This document shows, piece after piece, positions 52,381 through 64,000 of a DNA stretch of 64,000 bases. The notes beneath the pieces are model-generated. The model was not told where the DNA came from and did not search any database. It was given only the letters and a program-made list of their open reading frames with translations. The DNA comes from Camelus dromedarius (Eukaryota). The position numbers and the translations under genes are program-made. How positions within the stretch are numbered: position 1 is the first letter of the stretch; each line of letters begins with the position of its first letter. The DNA is taken from NCBI RefSeq assembly GCF_036321535.1, contig NC_087441.1, forward strand, positions 10,788,001 through 10,852,000. The letters run 5' to 3'.

Positions 52381-52547
52381 TTTCTATTGAGTTATAGTCA
52401 GTTTACAAGGTTGAGTCAATTTCTGGTGTACAGCACAGGTTTTCAGTCATACATGAATATATACATCTATTCGTTTTCGTCTTCTTTTTCACAAAAAGCT
52501 ACACAAAATCTTGAATATATTTCCCTGTGCTATACAGTATAAACTTG
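52381..52547 (-). mobile_element. 5'-truncated L1 3' end with 19-bp TSD
   Basis: Same family as the 15805-16055 element; TTCCAGATAAGCCATTTTT at 52362-52380 and 52548-52566. Confidence 0.84.
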
Positions 52548-54532
52548 TTCCAGATAAGCCATTTTTACCTTGGTCCTTTTTGAAAGTACACTTAATTTCT
52601 ACTGAAAAAATGCAAATTATCACTTAAAACTAAAATATAGGTCCAAAAAGACCTTGCTCTGAATGTTCGGTAAAAAGGAAATGATTTTTTTTTTAATGTG
52701 ACAGTTGATCTAAGGGAGCTCACTAACGTGGTTTATTATCTCTACGTAAATGAGTCTTACAAAGTGAGGTAGCCCTGGAGGCACAGACAGGCATAGAAAA
52801 GTGACCCATCAGATATTTAAAGGACACGAGTTGTCCCCTTTCAGCTTCTGTGTTGTTCCCACATCCATTCGACAGCTACTGTAGGAAGAGTCTGCAGAGA
52901 CCCTGCCCTGACTTGAAACCTTGGAAAAGGGGAATACGCTCTTCTCAATCACAAGCCGGGACCACCAAGACAGAATCATCTGTTTCACTTAGTGGTTAAG
53001 TGAAGGACCACTTTGGAAGGATAACGTCTTGGCCAGAAGCCCGGCGCTTATCTTCCACTCCCAGGCATCCTGGATCAGGCCTGGTGGAAGGCGAAGGCTT
53101 TGCAGGTCACTCCCTCCGCACTAAAGCATTGAAAGAAAGGTGTTATCTGTCTGCGTGCGAAACACTGTGTCGATATGGATTGGGGTCGTAAAGCTCCTCA
53201 ACAGACCTCAGCTTCTGTCTGCAAGCTCTGGTAAACATCAAAGTAGTTGACAGGTGTTAATCTGACTGCACGAGAAGGCGGGCGGCACTTGCTCTGTCCT
53301 GCTCCGAGTGGCTGCCAGCCCTGTCAGAGCCACGCTTTCTACGTTCAAAGGAAGAGTAACAAGTAAAACGTTCCCAACGTTTCTGTTAGTTGTGACCTAC
53401 CCGGAGGGCCCTCATGCTCCTCTGCCCCTAAAAGGCATTTCTGTAACGGGAGACAGGGAATTGACCACGTACGTAGGATACACCCACAGAGGAGACACAC
53501 ACGCTGCAGAGGCACACTCATCGCCCGCCCGAAAATAACTCATAGCCTCATTCTACTGCAAGTGAGTATAAAGCTTCAGAATCCCTAAGTGTGACGGAGG
53601 GCCACAGTGCAACGCGGAAACGTGTTAGGAGAAAGCCCAGCAGCTGTTTTGCAGTATACTTACTTTCCAGAAATTCTATAAATAACCTGCCAAGTTACAA
53701 TGACTTCAGTAAAGCTTCCTATTTCTGTCTCTCCACCTACCAATTTTCTGAGAATTACATGCTTGGCCAAATGAATGTAGAGCTGAGAGAAGCCCTCGGC
53801 TGAGCCAGGCCCCTCAGTCCCTGCTGATACACTCAAAGAGTTCAGACCAACGCCTAATGAATGAGCTGCCTCGGAGGGCCGATGCCACGAATCAATCATT
53901 CTACTTAAACAAAGTCCTCCCCACACCCGCATTGCAAAGCACTCCACTTCTTTTTCAGAGAGTTCAAGACAAAAGTTAAGGATAAACATTAATAGAGAGT
54001 GAACATCAAATTACAGGTTGGAAAAGAAATTCTTTAATCCAAGGGGCTCACTCAGCCCAAAATTAAGGCCTGATGAAGTTCTATAATAACCAGGAAACTA
54101 TAAAATATCACCTCTGCATACATTTTCAATTCCCTTTGCGCCCTGAAAGAATTAAGGTAGAGATAAGGTAATAGTCATTAGAGCATCAACGTGATTGGAG
54201 TGAGAAATGGTACTTTCTTGAGATATCAGGAGACATAAATCCACACAACATAAACCATCTGCTTTGGAAGAGTTAATTAATTAGTAAAGCAGGACAGGCC
54301 ACTGCAATCAATCCCCAATAGATGTGTGACAGCACACAGACACTCCAATTTAAAGGCAATATGCCCTCACGCACAGCAATGTGTGCAGCCCAAGTCCAAA
54401 ATCATGTAAAACAAAGAAAAGTCAGTGCACGATGAAATACTACCAAAAGGAACCTCCCAAGAAACATTTCTAGCTCACACAGAAAATGAAGCCTCAACTG
54501 CAGAAAGGGGAAAGAAACATCTATCACCTTAC

Positions 54533-54960
54533 CTTTGCCAAAATTTGGCTGTAGGCAGTTTTTCTCCGGCTCTTTGAATTAGCCGGCCAGGTCTCCCCAA
54601 GTCAGGCTCTACGTACACATCCACGGACCTGCTCTTCTGTCTGCCCATGGGGAGGCAAGAAACAGCGTCTAACACTTCAAATGCTCGGCCGTTAAGAGNN
54701 NNNNNNNNNNNNNNNNNNNNNNNNNNNNNNNNNNNNNNNNNNNNNNNNNNNNNNNNNNNNNNNNNNNNNNNNNNNNNNNNNNNNNNNNNNNNNNNNNNNN
54801 NNNNNNNNNNNNNNNNNNNNNNNNNNNNNNNNNNNNNNNNNNNNNNGGACGGGCCTGCCACCAGGCCCGGGAGCCGCCAGGCCGCCCATGACTGCGCTGC
54901 TGTCGGCCCCGCATTCCAGAATTACCACCCAAGTTCCGTGGGACCGTGGCTCCGGCTCCA
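54533..54960 (-). promoter_or_regulatory. Candidate CpG-rich alternative promoter / 5' exon of TIAM2, partly hidden by an N gap
   Basis: GC/CpG-rich flanks on both sides of the gap; consensus donor AAG|GTAAGG at 54533/54532 on the gene strand. Confidence 0.4.
54699..54846. other. Assembly gap (148 N)
   Basis: Run of N between GC-rich flanks. Confidence 0.99.
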
Positions 54961-55406
54961 GAGTTTGCTGAATAAAGCTTTACTCACTCGAAGGGCTACT
55001 CCGCTGCTTTTTTTAAGCCTTTTAGCAGGCAGAACGCACACCTACCATCCTTGTGTTGAGGGCGGTAGTAAACATTCTGTCTCCAAAACCACAGCTGGAA
55101 TGTTACAGTCATAAAAAAAAAATCCCTGCCTCATGAGCAGCCCTTCAAAATAATTTTGTGATTTGCAAAAGATCCGGTGTACACATCCTCCACGCTCCAT
55201 GCTGGAGTTAATTTGCTTCCAAGTGAGCTAAATGACAGTGCCCTACACTGAAAGTCCCTGGTATCCCAACGGGTCCCTATTTTCTCAAAACTAGGCATTG
55301 CATCGCCTTAAAAGATAAAAAGCGACAGGCCAGAGGTTCAAGAGTTTTTAAGTCTTGCTGTGTCTTTTGCTGGGAGACCTTCAATTTAAAGTATCCCCCA
55401 AAGAGA

Positions 55407-55548
55407 GGGGGAGGGTATAGCTCAGGTGGTAGAGAGCATGTTTAGCATGCACAGGGTCCTGGGTTCAATCCCCAGCACCTCCTCCAAAAACAAGTAAGTC
55501 AACCTAGTTATCAACCCCGACAAAAAAAAAAAAGTAAATAAATAAATA
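55407..55548 (+). mobile_element. tRNA-derived SINE (vic-1-like)
   Basis: GGGGAGGGTATAGCTCAGGTGGTAGAG...GGTTCAATCCCCAGCACCTCCTCC, poly-A. Confidence 0.88.
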
Positions 55549-57099
55549 AGATAAAGCAACATTTTCAGCTCATTTTATATGAGTTATTGGGGAGGGGGGC
55601 TGAATGGGAAAACAGGAAGACATCCCTGTAGTGTTCACATTTCTGAGATTATAGTCTATCTAAGAAAACAGTCTAAGCAGACGTTTCCAAGTTGTCCTGG
55701 ACAAACACGTGATGGCAGCTTTTTAAGAGAACATTTTTGGTTATCTAAAAAATGTGAATGGATCTATATATGCAACAGACAAGGTTCTTACTTAAAGACA
55801 AGATTCTACTTTAGACAAAAGCTTTTAATTCCTTACCCTGCATGAAAAATATTTATGTACAATACACACACAGCAGAGTTTTGTTTCCATGTAATTTCCA
55901 TGTACTTAGTACATGCTTGAAGATACACTTTCTCATCTTAATTGACAAATAAGATAAGATCTTACATAAGATCATCAGTCCAAGAGTTAAAAAAGAAAAA
56001 AAAAACTAGTCTAATCTTTGTAAAAATTTAAATTAGTGAACCCAGAACCGAGGAATTTTTAGTGCCGGTGGAGAGGGCTGGAAAATCCGCTACTCCAATC
56101 CCCTCAATTTATAGATAAGAAACAGAGACTTCAGATGACTTGCTCAAGATCACAGAGCTGGTCAGCTGCGGGCAGCAGAGCCGGGACCTGCCACCCCAAT
56201 AACCACAACCCCCGGGACTGAAGTCAGAAGGTTGCCACGGAAGCCCAGTCACATAACAGAAAACATGGGAATTCCGAAAATGGTGACGTGTGTATGAAAA
56301 AAAAAAATTCCCTGAGTAAATACAGGAGAAGAAAGAGTGCTGTCAAGTCACTGAGCTCCTGTCCCTTGAGATCCAGCCCCATCACTTCTGTGACTAAAAA
56401 AAGAAAAGGAAAGGAAAATAAAACATCAGCCAGCAGAAAACCAGCGTATTTCTCCTGTACAAATTTGAGACAGAAGGACCGCTCCTAGGTGGGAAGGGAA
56501 GAGGGGAATTATGTCAGAAAGAAGGAAATTTGGAGACGTTTCTGAGGGTGGAAAAGGCATCAGAGGAACGAAACTGCTGAAACTGGTGGAAATGTTTGCA
56601 CGCCCCTATTATTCCTAAGACAATTCTGACCTTTTGAGACATTTCATATGTAGATCTCTCTAAGCCAGAACTGCCCTAGAGACAGAATTATCAGCAATAT
56701 TCCTCAGACACTTCCAGTGGGTTTGCATTGTCTGGTTCCATTTTTTATCACTGAAGTCACCCAAATAACTTTAATTCTATGAATTTATAGGGTCACTTGG
56801 GGTTTCAAACTATGTCAGATTTTTCAAGTTTTTTTCAACTTCATGCAACTACAGCAAAATACTCTCCACTGAGTACTCCATCCTAAAATTACCCCAAAAC
56901 CAGCGTATCTCCACACCGTAAAACTAGACTCATCTTTCGAATCCGTCATTCTGACATAATAATACAACAGGACATGTGCGTTAACAGGCAGCTAAAATTG
57001 AATTCCTTGGCAAAGATCTCTAAGAATTATGTAAATTACTACTTACGAAGAACTCTATCCTCAAACACACAATGCAAAATGACACATGTAAATGCAAAT

Positions 57100-57570
57100 A
57101 CAGCAAAATGTTAACAGTTACAGAATTCAAGTGGTGGGTTTATTGTTCACTATACAATTCTGTGGACTTCTGTATTTTTGCAAAATTTCTTAATAAAAGG
57201 TTGGGGGAAATGACATACATACATAGACATACACGCAGTCAAAGCCACAGAAAAAGAAGAAAGTGGTTGCCGGGGTGGGGGGGGAATGGGGAAAGGCTGG
57301 TCAAAGGTACAGACTTTCAGCTACAAGGTGACAAGGTCTGAGGATCTAATGTGTAACACAGTGACTGTAACTGATCACACAGCTCTACGTTCAAAATAGA
57401 ACTTAAACGTTCTCACACACACAAAAAGTGAAATGAGAGATGTGCTAATTAACTAGATGGGGGGGTTATCCGGTCACAATATACATGTATCAAATCTCCA
57501 CAATGTACACTTTATGTTATCATTTTATATGTCAATTACACCTCAGTAAAGCTGAAATTTTTAAAAAATA
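57100..57570 (+). mobile_element. Old L1M (L1MC/MB-like) 3' UTR fragments
   Basis: gtggttgccggggtggggggg...tgtacactt...atgtcaattacacctcagtaaagctg pattern; subfamily uncertain. Confidence 0.7.
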
Positions 57571-58074
57571 CCATGTTTTACAATATGCCTAGCCGAGGCT
57601 AAGCAAAAATTGTTGCTAATCTAATTGTAATGAAGGACATGGATATCTTATACTCTTCTGTCACGTGACAAATCATAATTAATAAAAAAAAACAGGCCAC
57701 AAAATGTGGAAATATCTCAGGCATCACAGTAGGCGTGAGTTAGTCATCCATCTCTTAGTAACGTACAAGCCTTCTGAATCCCATTACCTGCATCGTAAAA
57801 GGGGGTGGATAATAATGTCTATCTCAAAGAAAAATATAAGTCAGGATGTACTAGTCTATAAATAGTTATAAGAAAACCTGACATTAAAAACACAATTTTC
57901 AGAGAAATACGAACTCTCAGAAATAACCTCTCTGCTTAAAAATCAAAAAACTCAACTCCTTCCATAGGTTCCCTTTTGAGGTCAAACACACAATGAAGCA
58001 GAAAGAATATCCCATTAAGTGTCATTCTTTATTGATAATCTATAGTCAATTCTAAGGGCTCCATCTGGTTAAGA

Positions 58075-58185
58075 TGTGTGTGTGTATATATAAATATGTG
58101 TGTGTGTATGTAAATACATACACACACACACACACATCTGGTGTATACACACACACACATATATATATTATAATAGTAATAATAA
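58075..58185. repeat. Compound (TG)/(TA)/(CA)/(ATA) low-complexity repeat
   Basis: Directly visible. Confidence 0.9.
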
Positions 58186-58474
58186 TAAAAGCTAAAAACA
58201 TAAACTACTTTTATCCAAATAAGATTCCAAAAGATGATGTAATCTCTCACAAATACAAACATCCACCTTTGAGGAAATTATACAACTGAGCAAAAAACTC
58301 CACAATGTGCTCAGCTGCGGAAAGAGCTCTCAGTCTGCTGTTTCTGATGGAAAAGAAATACTTCAAATAACATGGGCAAAAAGCCCGACAGAACTTGAGT
58401 AATGCCGCTGCAAAAATGTCGTAGATGAATGTGATACAAAAGAAAAGGAAGCATGCGAAATATTCATGTGAAAT

Positions 58475-58779
58475 CCCTAAAATCCAAAGAAATATTATGG
58501 GGAGGGGTGACTTTTCTCCCCATTTCCTCAAAAGGCACAAATCTAGTAAATCTGTTTCTGAAACCAAATGCTTCCGAATTAGCCCAAAGACAAAGCTTGC
58601 ACGGCTGACCTTCAGACCCCAAACTGCCGTGGTTTGAAGGTTATACCTCCCACATGACGCTGGAAACCCACACGAATGTACAACTGACATGTGCAACTTG
58701 TCTGCTACCCGACATCGTCCCCGGGGTCAGCAGAACTGCTCAGGGCCCAGGCAGTAGAGTCCCCCTGCCCTGACCTCAG
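58475..58779 (+). repeat. Dispersed direct repeat, copy A (~305 bp)
   Basis: Aligns end to end with 62725-63033; roughly 93% identity by manual comparison. Confidence 0.95.
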
Positions 58780-58784
58780 ACCCT

Positions 58785-59060
58785 GCTGTGGGACACTGGA
58801 CACATCACTTAACTTCTCAGCTTCCCAATCTGTAAAATGGGGATAATACTATGACCTGCCTCACAGGTTCTTGTAAGGATTAAGTAAAATAATGCATGTT
58901 GTTTAATAAAGGCCTGCCTGAAAATGCAGACTCCACAGAGCAGAGATCTTGTTTGAAGTGTTGACTGTTAAGTCTAGTACTTGAAAAGTGCCCGGCACAT
59001 GGTGAGCACTCAAAAAATACCCACTGAGTCAGTGAAGGAAGGACTGAACGAATGGGAGAT
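58785..59060 (+). mobile_element. MIR followed by an L2 3' end
   Basis: cacttaacttctcagcttcccaatctgtaaaatggggataata...aggattaagtaaaataatgcatg; gtgcccggcacatggtgagcactcaaaaaata. Confidence 0.75.
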
Positions 59061-61320
59061 GACAGTGATGGTGGCAGCGGTGGTGAACATGCAAAGAAAA
59101 ACTGCATCTGTCAGCGTCTACATCTTGAGAAGCCTCTAAAACCCCTTTATTATAAACTACCCTATGTTATCGATGGCCATCGAGCAAAACATTCAGAGTT
59201 TCTGCTTGAAATTCCCCAGCTGTCCCTCTGTAGTGCTTCACATTCCAGGCTGCTTCGGCCTCAAGAAGGTGCCTGAACAGCCCAAGGCCACACATGTTTA
59301 AAATCAATAGTCAGTTTTACGATAATTCAGATTGCAATACTAGCACAGTGTGTGTCGCTTTAAAGGCACAATAAATCTAAATTCCATAATACAAGTTTTT
59401 CTAAGTGTTTCAAGGTATCAAAAAAATTTTAATGGAGACAGTTATGAAAATGAGAGATTTTATGGAATAAGTATTTATAAAGTCCAAACAGTACCTTACA
59501 TTACATAACAAGCAAGCCCTAATAATTTATAACCAAATGACTGGTTAATTACTTTTGTAAGAATGAGCAAATATTAAGTGACATAAAAATTAAGATTTAA
59601 AGGAAATTCTTAGAAAATGTTTTCCTTTAAAAAGACTTCTTTCTCTATGTCCTTATATCCAAACTAAATACACTTTAACAACTGACAACACCTAACAATG
59701 TATGCATTTTGAAATCAAATAGAATGCTTTTTAACAAGTAACAGGTGATTTTTTATATAAGTGACAAATTCTGTATTAAAAATCAGGCTACCAAAAATAA
59801 AACTACAAAATGAGTTTCAGCTAAGGTAAAGTAAAAGCTTTTAGTAGAAAAAAGTCATTTAGGCACTATGCTTGTAAAATCCTGGCTTATAAACACTAAC
59901 CTCTAGACACATCTGTTTACAACCTTTTTGAAGGAATATATTGGAATATTTAAGAAAATACAAGTAATCTGTCCAGAATTAAATGTAATTAAGCACTGTG
60001 GTATCTGCCTCTCTCTCCACTCACATTTTCCTTTTATGGACTGAAGTGAAACAGTATTAGCTGAAAGGTTCCTAATCAGTTTAATTCAGAGAGTAACTGA
60101 ATCTGAGTTTTCGAGGAGACGGTACAGGTCATCTATCTAGCCTGGTCTTGCCCCTAATTTGAGAACTGCCTCCAGTATCCTGACAGATGGGCCCCTCTCT
60201 TCTCCCTAAGTACACAGAGTGATGGGGAGTTCACAGCTCTATTAGGGAGCACATTCTATCGTTAAATAACCAATGGATAGATGAGAACTCCTTCCCCAGA
60301 CATCAGTCATCCTAGAAATTCCACTAATTAGCTCAGTCTTTCCATCATGAGCCACACCCGTCCTCCTCCCCTCTCCCACCCAGTTGCCCTGCAAATAACG
60401 AAGTCAATGGTCACCGTTCTTCCCTGCTCTCTCTCTCTTTCAGTTTATCTTCACAACGAAGCCAGAACCAACTTGGAAAATAGAACAGACAGACAACACC
60501 AGATTACATTTTTCATAAAAAATCAACCGCACACGGAGGAGAGTCCTAAGGCTTCAGTCTGCGCCTGCGGGAGCGAAGGGCGCAGCTCCCGTAACCCCAC
60601 TCGGAGTAAATGAGGCTACCAGTCCTCATCTCTTCGGTGCCACAACGTCTGGGGGATGTTGGGGCTCCACTGGGGAAGGCAGGAGGGAACGTGGCTCCAG
60701 AGTCCACACACGTGTGTAAATTACACACCGTTCCCGCTTCGCCGAGCCAGGGGACCCAGCGATTCTCTTAAGGAAGGTACATGAGGTTTCTTCTGAAAGA
60801 GAGGAAATGGCCTAAAATAAAAGCAAAAGAATGGTGTCTGAACACAGAAGGAAAACTGTACCGTACGGATCAGGGATCAGAGTCTTATACCTTCAGGGAT
60901 GTTTAAAATGTATGAATGAAGCAGGTCTGAGTGCTGAGTTCTCAAGAGACAGAAACCATTTGTTTGCAAGTGAAACTCGTACAAAGGCTCCTCGGCACAC
61001 ACCCCACAGGCTCTTCTCTGTTTTTCTTAAACTGTGAAGCACTACAGAAACATCTTTGGTTTTTCCACTACTGACACAGAAAGAGATCAAATGTTTTTCA
61101 CTTTTCTCCTGATTTTACTAGAAGAAAAACAACTTAAGTCAATGAAAAACGGCCAGTGATGCTCAGCATTAAGAAGACGGCATGCAGTGGTGGGGACGGT
61201 GGCCAACCGGCCCATCCCAAAGGGCCAGAGCTGCCCGACTCTGGCTCTCCACTGCCACCTGCGCACAGAAAACTCTGTGCTGCCAGCTAAACACTGAAAA
61301 TGCTGCTTTCATGTACATTT

Positions 61321-61393
61321 TTTCCCCTTTAACAGAGGCACTGGGGATTGAACCCAGGACCTCGTGCACACCGAGCACATGCTCTACCATTGA
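61321..61393 (-). mobile_element. tRNA-derived SINE (vic-1-like), short tail
   Basis: GGGGATTGAACCCAGGACC...CTCTACCATTGAGCTATACCCC on + strand. Confidence 0.85.
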
Positions 61394-62299
61394 GCTATAC
61401 CCCTCACCCCCCTAAATTTTTCAGGCTCTAAAGGCAGGAAACTAATTTAAATTTCCTTAAAATACTTGTCAGGGACACAGTTGGCAGGCCCAACAAAGCA
61501 TATTTACCCACAGCCCCGAACCAGCCAGAAGCTCACCAGCTTGCAACCTCTGATGCAAATGATAAAACACAAACAGGAAAATTTCAAACCCTGGAAAAGG
61601 TTTTCAAAGAAAACAACCAGCAGTCCAAACTCCCTGACTTCAGAAGGCTACGTCCTGGGTCTCGAGGGACATCCATCTCTGCCCTGCCAACTTGGCCAAG
61701 ACAACCAGACATGCAGGCATGATTTTGGAGAGGGGGTCATTTCTACAGAAGAGGCATCATGAAGGACCCCACAGCACATGGCACCCACTTTCCTGGGGAG
61801 TGGAGAAATCCTTTCTGCAGAACTCCTGATCTGCAGCCAACCAGCCTGGAGACACCACAGCCGCCCGGGAAGTTCATTACCACACAGGGCCTCCCCTCCC
61901 ATCTTCCCACAGTTATTAAGAACATCCTTCCTTACATGGAACCCAGTGGTTTCCTTCCACTGCTGTTCATTGGTCCCAGCGCCTCCTCAGTGCTGGTCAT
62001 CATGTGTGCCTCGCTGTCCCTGGTCCCTTACACGGGAAGGGCAGGAATTACACTCCCTACTCAGCTGACTGCTTTCGCTGCCAAATATTCCATTCCCTTC
62101 ATCATGATCAATAGGACACCATTCCCAAACATTCCTAACCACCATCACTCTCCCTGGAGAGCAATATCCTTCTTAAATCTAAGGCCTGGAAGGTGAGAAT
62201 GAAAGAAACCAAAGATTAAGAAGCACCGAGCCAAAAGCGTTACTTGTATTTTAATATTTTATATTTCTCAAAGCAATCCCCTTTGGTTTGTATTATTAT

Positions 62300-62722
62300 T
62301 ACTATTTTGCAGGTGAAGACACTGAGGCTAAGCAGAGTCAAGTAGTTTTCCAAAGGCCACAAAACCAGTGCAAATGAAAACCTCAAACCAAACCTGTCTG
62401 ATGCTAAAGAGACAACAGCATTGCTACACTTACAGAAAATGGCGTAGCTACAATGTGTTCTCACTATTATAACTAAAGTTATAATTATAAGCAAGTCGAC
62501 CCTTTCTGGCGATCTCAGGAATAGATCATGGTTTTCATTCACGTAATACAGAAACAAATTCTCAAACTTTATAAATAGTACCTAAACCTAGTTAATGGAT
62601 TTAACATGTAAAAATCCAAGTACACACTGAATAAAATAGGAAGTCATATAACATGTATCTTATACTTAGTCACAAGCACTCTATGAGAAAAATGCTTTTC
62701 ATACCCCTATTTTACAGAAGAA
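62300..62722 (-). mobile_element. Antisense MIR fragments
   Basis: caggtgaagacactgaggctaag...aaggccaca; ctctatgag...cccctattttacagaag. Confidence 0.6.
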
Positions 62723-62724
62723 AG

Positions 62725-63033
62725 CCCTAAAATCCAAAGAAGTATTATGTGGGGAGGTGACTTTTCTCCCCATTTCCTCAAGAGGCACAAATCTAGCAAG
62801 TCTGTTTTCGAAACCAAATGCTTCCGAATTAGCCCAGAGAAGACAAAACTTGCACGGCTGGCCTTCAGACCCCAAACTGCCATGGTTTGAAGGTTTTACC
62901 TCCCACGTGACACTGAAAACCCACACGAATGTACAACTGACACGTGCAACTCGTCTGCTACCCAGACATCGTCCCCGGGGTCAGCAGAACTGCTCAGGGC
63001 CCAGGCAGTAGAGTCCCCCTGCCCTGACCTCAG
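62725..63033 (+). repeat. Dispersed direct repeat, copy B (~309 bp)
   Basis: Aligns with 58475-58779; last 69 bp identical. Confidence 0.95.
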
Positions 63034-63929
63034 TGAGGGAACAAGTCATATTTTAAAAGAAAACTACTGACTAGACACAGTGAATCTTCAAAATCTCCTG
63101 CAGAGCTAACAAATTTCTCACTGTCTGACACTGAGCAACTTACACAGCGAGCTGCATTGAACTCATCATGCACTTAGTCTGACAGCATCTCGGTGCCCCA
63201 GACACCACTCTGGCTGTGGACCACCTGGGGAACCAGACAGATAAGGGTCCTGAGCTCACGGAACTTCTGCTCCAGCGACAGTGAGGCTGGACAACAAGCC
63301 GAGAAATAACTACCCGAAGGAGAAAACTGGGAGGGAGAGACAAGCACTTTGCAGGGAATTAAAACAGAATGACCTGTGTCGCAGGGGGCTGGAGGGCCAC
63401 CTGAGACTGGGTAGCTGGAGGTGGTCTCTGGAGGTAGTACCTCGAGTTGAGATCCAAAGAGCACAAAGCAGCCCAAGAAAGATGAGCTAATTTTGGCCCA
63501 GAAAGCTCCTGCTTGTGTCTGTGTCTGTCAGTAAAACAAGCGTGAACTGCAGACCCTGCAAATGTTTCCAGGGAATGACTTGCCATCATTCCAAATGCTG
63601 CTTTGGGAACTGTTCAGCTTTCCCTGCAACAGCCAACGAATCCACCAGTAAGACGCCCCAACCAGAAACGAACGACCTTCATATCAGAGGTGGAAGCTTA
63701 CATTTCCCTGGTGGTTTCCTAGTGTCCGAGTCTCCTGAGCTGTCCTGATCTTACAGCTCCAACTGGAAATGAGACAGACTAGTCTGTTCTTCAGCAGGAA
63801 GCCCTAGTTGGCTTGGAGTTGAGGCATATGCTCTATTGGTATTTAACATCTAAAGAGAAGGAAATAAATACTTCCCAAGTGGCAACTTCTCTACCTAAGT
63901 TCCCAGAGAAGATGGACATATGGTTTTCC

Positions 63930-64000
63930 ACACAGAGAGAAGCAGCCAGCGTATCAAATTAAAGTGCCTTTAAGAGTTACCCTATGACCTAGCAATCCCA
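63930..64000 (+). mobile_element. Start of an L1M fragment, truncated by the window edge
   Basis: gagttaccctatgacctagcaatccca resembles the L1 ORF2 end motif (ttaccatatgacccagcaattcca). Confidence 0.55.

Noticed and set aside
2641-61393. tRNA-like sequences with A and B boxes
   Set aside because: They lack a complete cloverleaf and acceptor stem, carry AT-rich/poly-A tails and some have TSDs. They are SINEs, not tRNA genes.
61759-62196. 145-aa plus-strand ORF
   Set aside because: Pro/Ser-rich, resembles L2-derived sequence; no recognisable domain.
1-64000. CRISPR arrays, operons, rRNA, NUMTs, snoRNA/miRNA genes
   Set aside because: The DNA is eukaryotic intronic sequence. I saw no spacer-repeat arrays, no rRNA or mitochondrial similarity, and no C/D, H/ACA or pre-miRNA candidate I could support. 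A covariance-model search (Infernal/Rfam) would be needed to exclude small RNAs.

Overview
Mammalian genomic DNA. The eleven copies of a short tRNA-derived SINE resemble the camelid vic-1 type, so the source is probably alpaca, llama or camel (inference). The whole window lies within TIAM2 (STEF, Rac1 GEF) on the minus strand. Ten consecutive coding exons can be assembled with intact splice sites and a continuous frame: 38564-37407, 33417-32982, 27810-27638, 25520-25296, 13826-13641, 12957-12811, 10729-10658, 3379-3218, 1689-1585 and 1404-1326. They total 2743 nt (914 codons + 1 nt) and cover the myristoylated N-terminus, PHn-CC-Ex, the RBD and the start of the PDZ; the gene continues past position 1. 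The rest is intron with SINEs, L1/L2/MIR, LTRs, DNA-transposon fossils, microsatellites and two N gaps. I see no prokaryote-style novel system. The best leads are: (1) a splicing module of two GC-AG introns, exons that begin with a donor-like GT motif (possible recursive re-splicing), a 72-nt cassette exon and a NAGNAG acceptor; (2) two candidate alternative first exons, one adding an in-frame 21-aa N-terminal extension that would mask the myristoylation site and one creating an overlapping uORF; (3) a GC-shifted, remodelled first coding exon with a coding (GAGCCC)4 repeat; (4) a dispersed ~305-bp duplication with a 69-bp identical tract. Comparisons to human/mouse TIAM2 are from memory and need checking. 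Repeat family names and most repeat boundaries are approximate.
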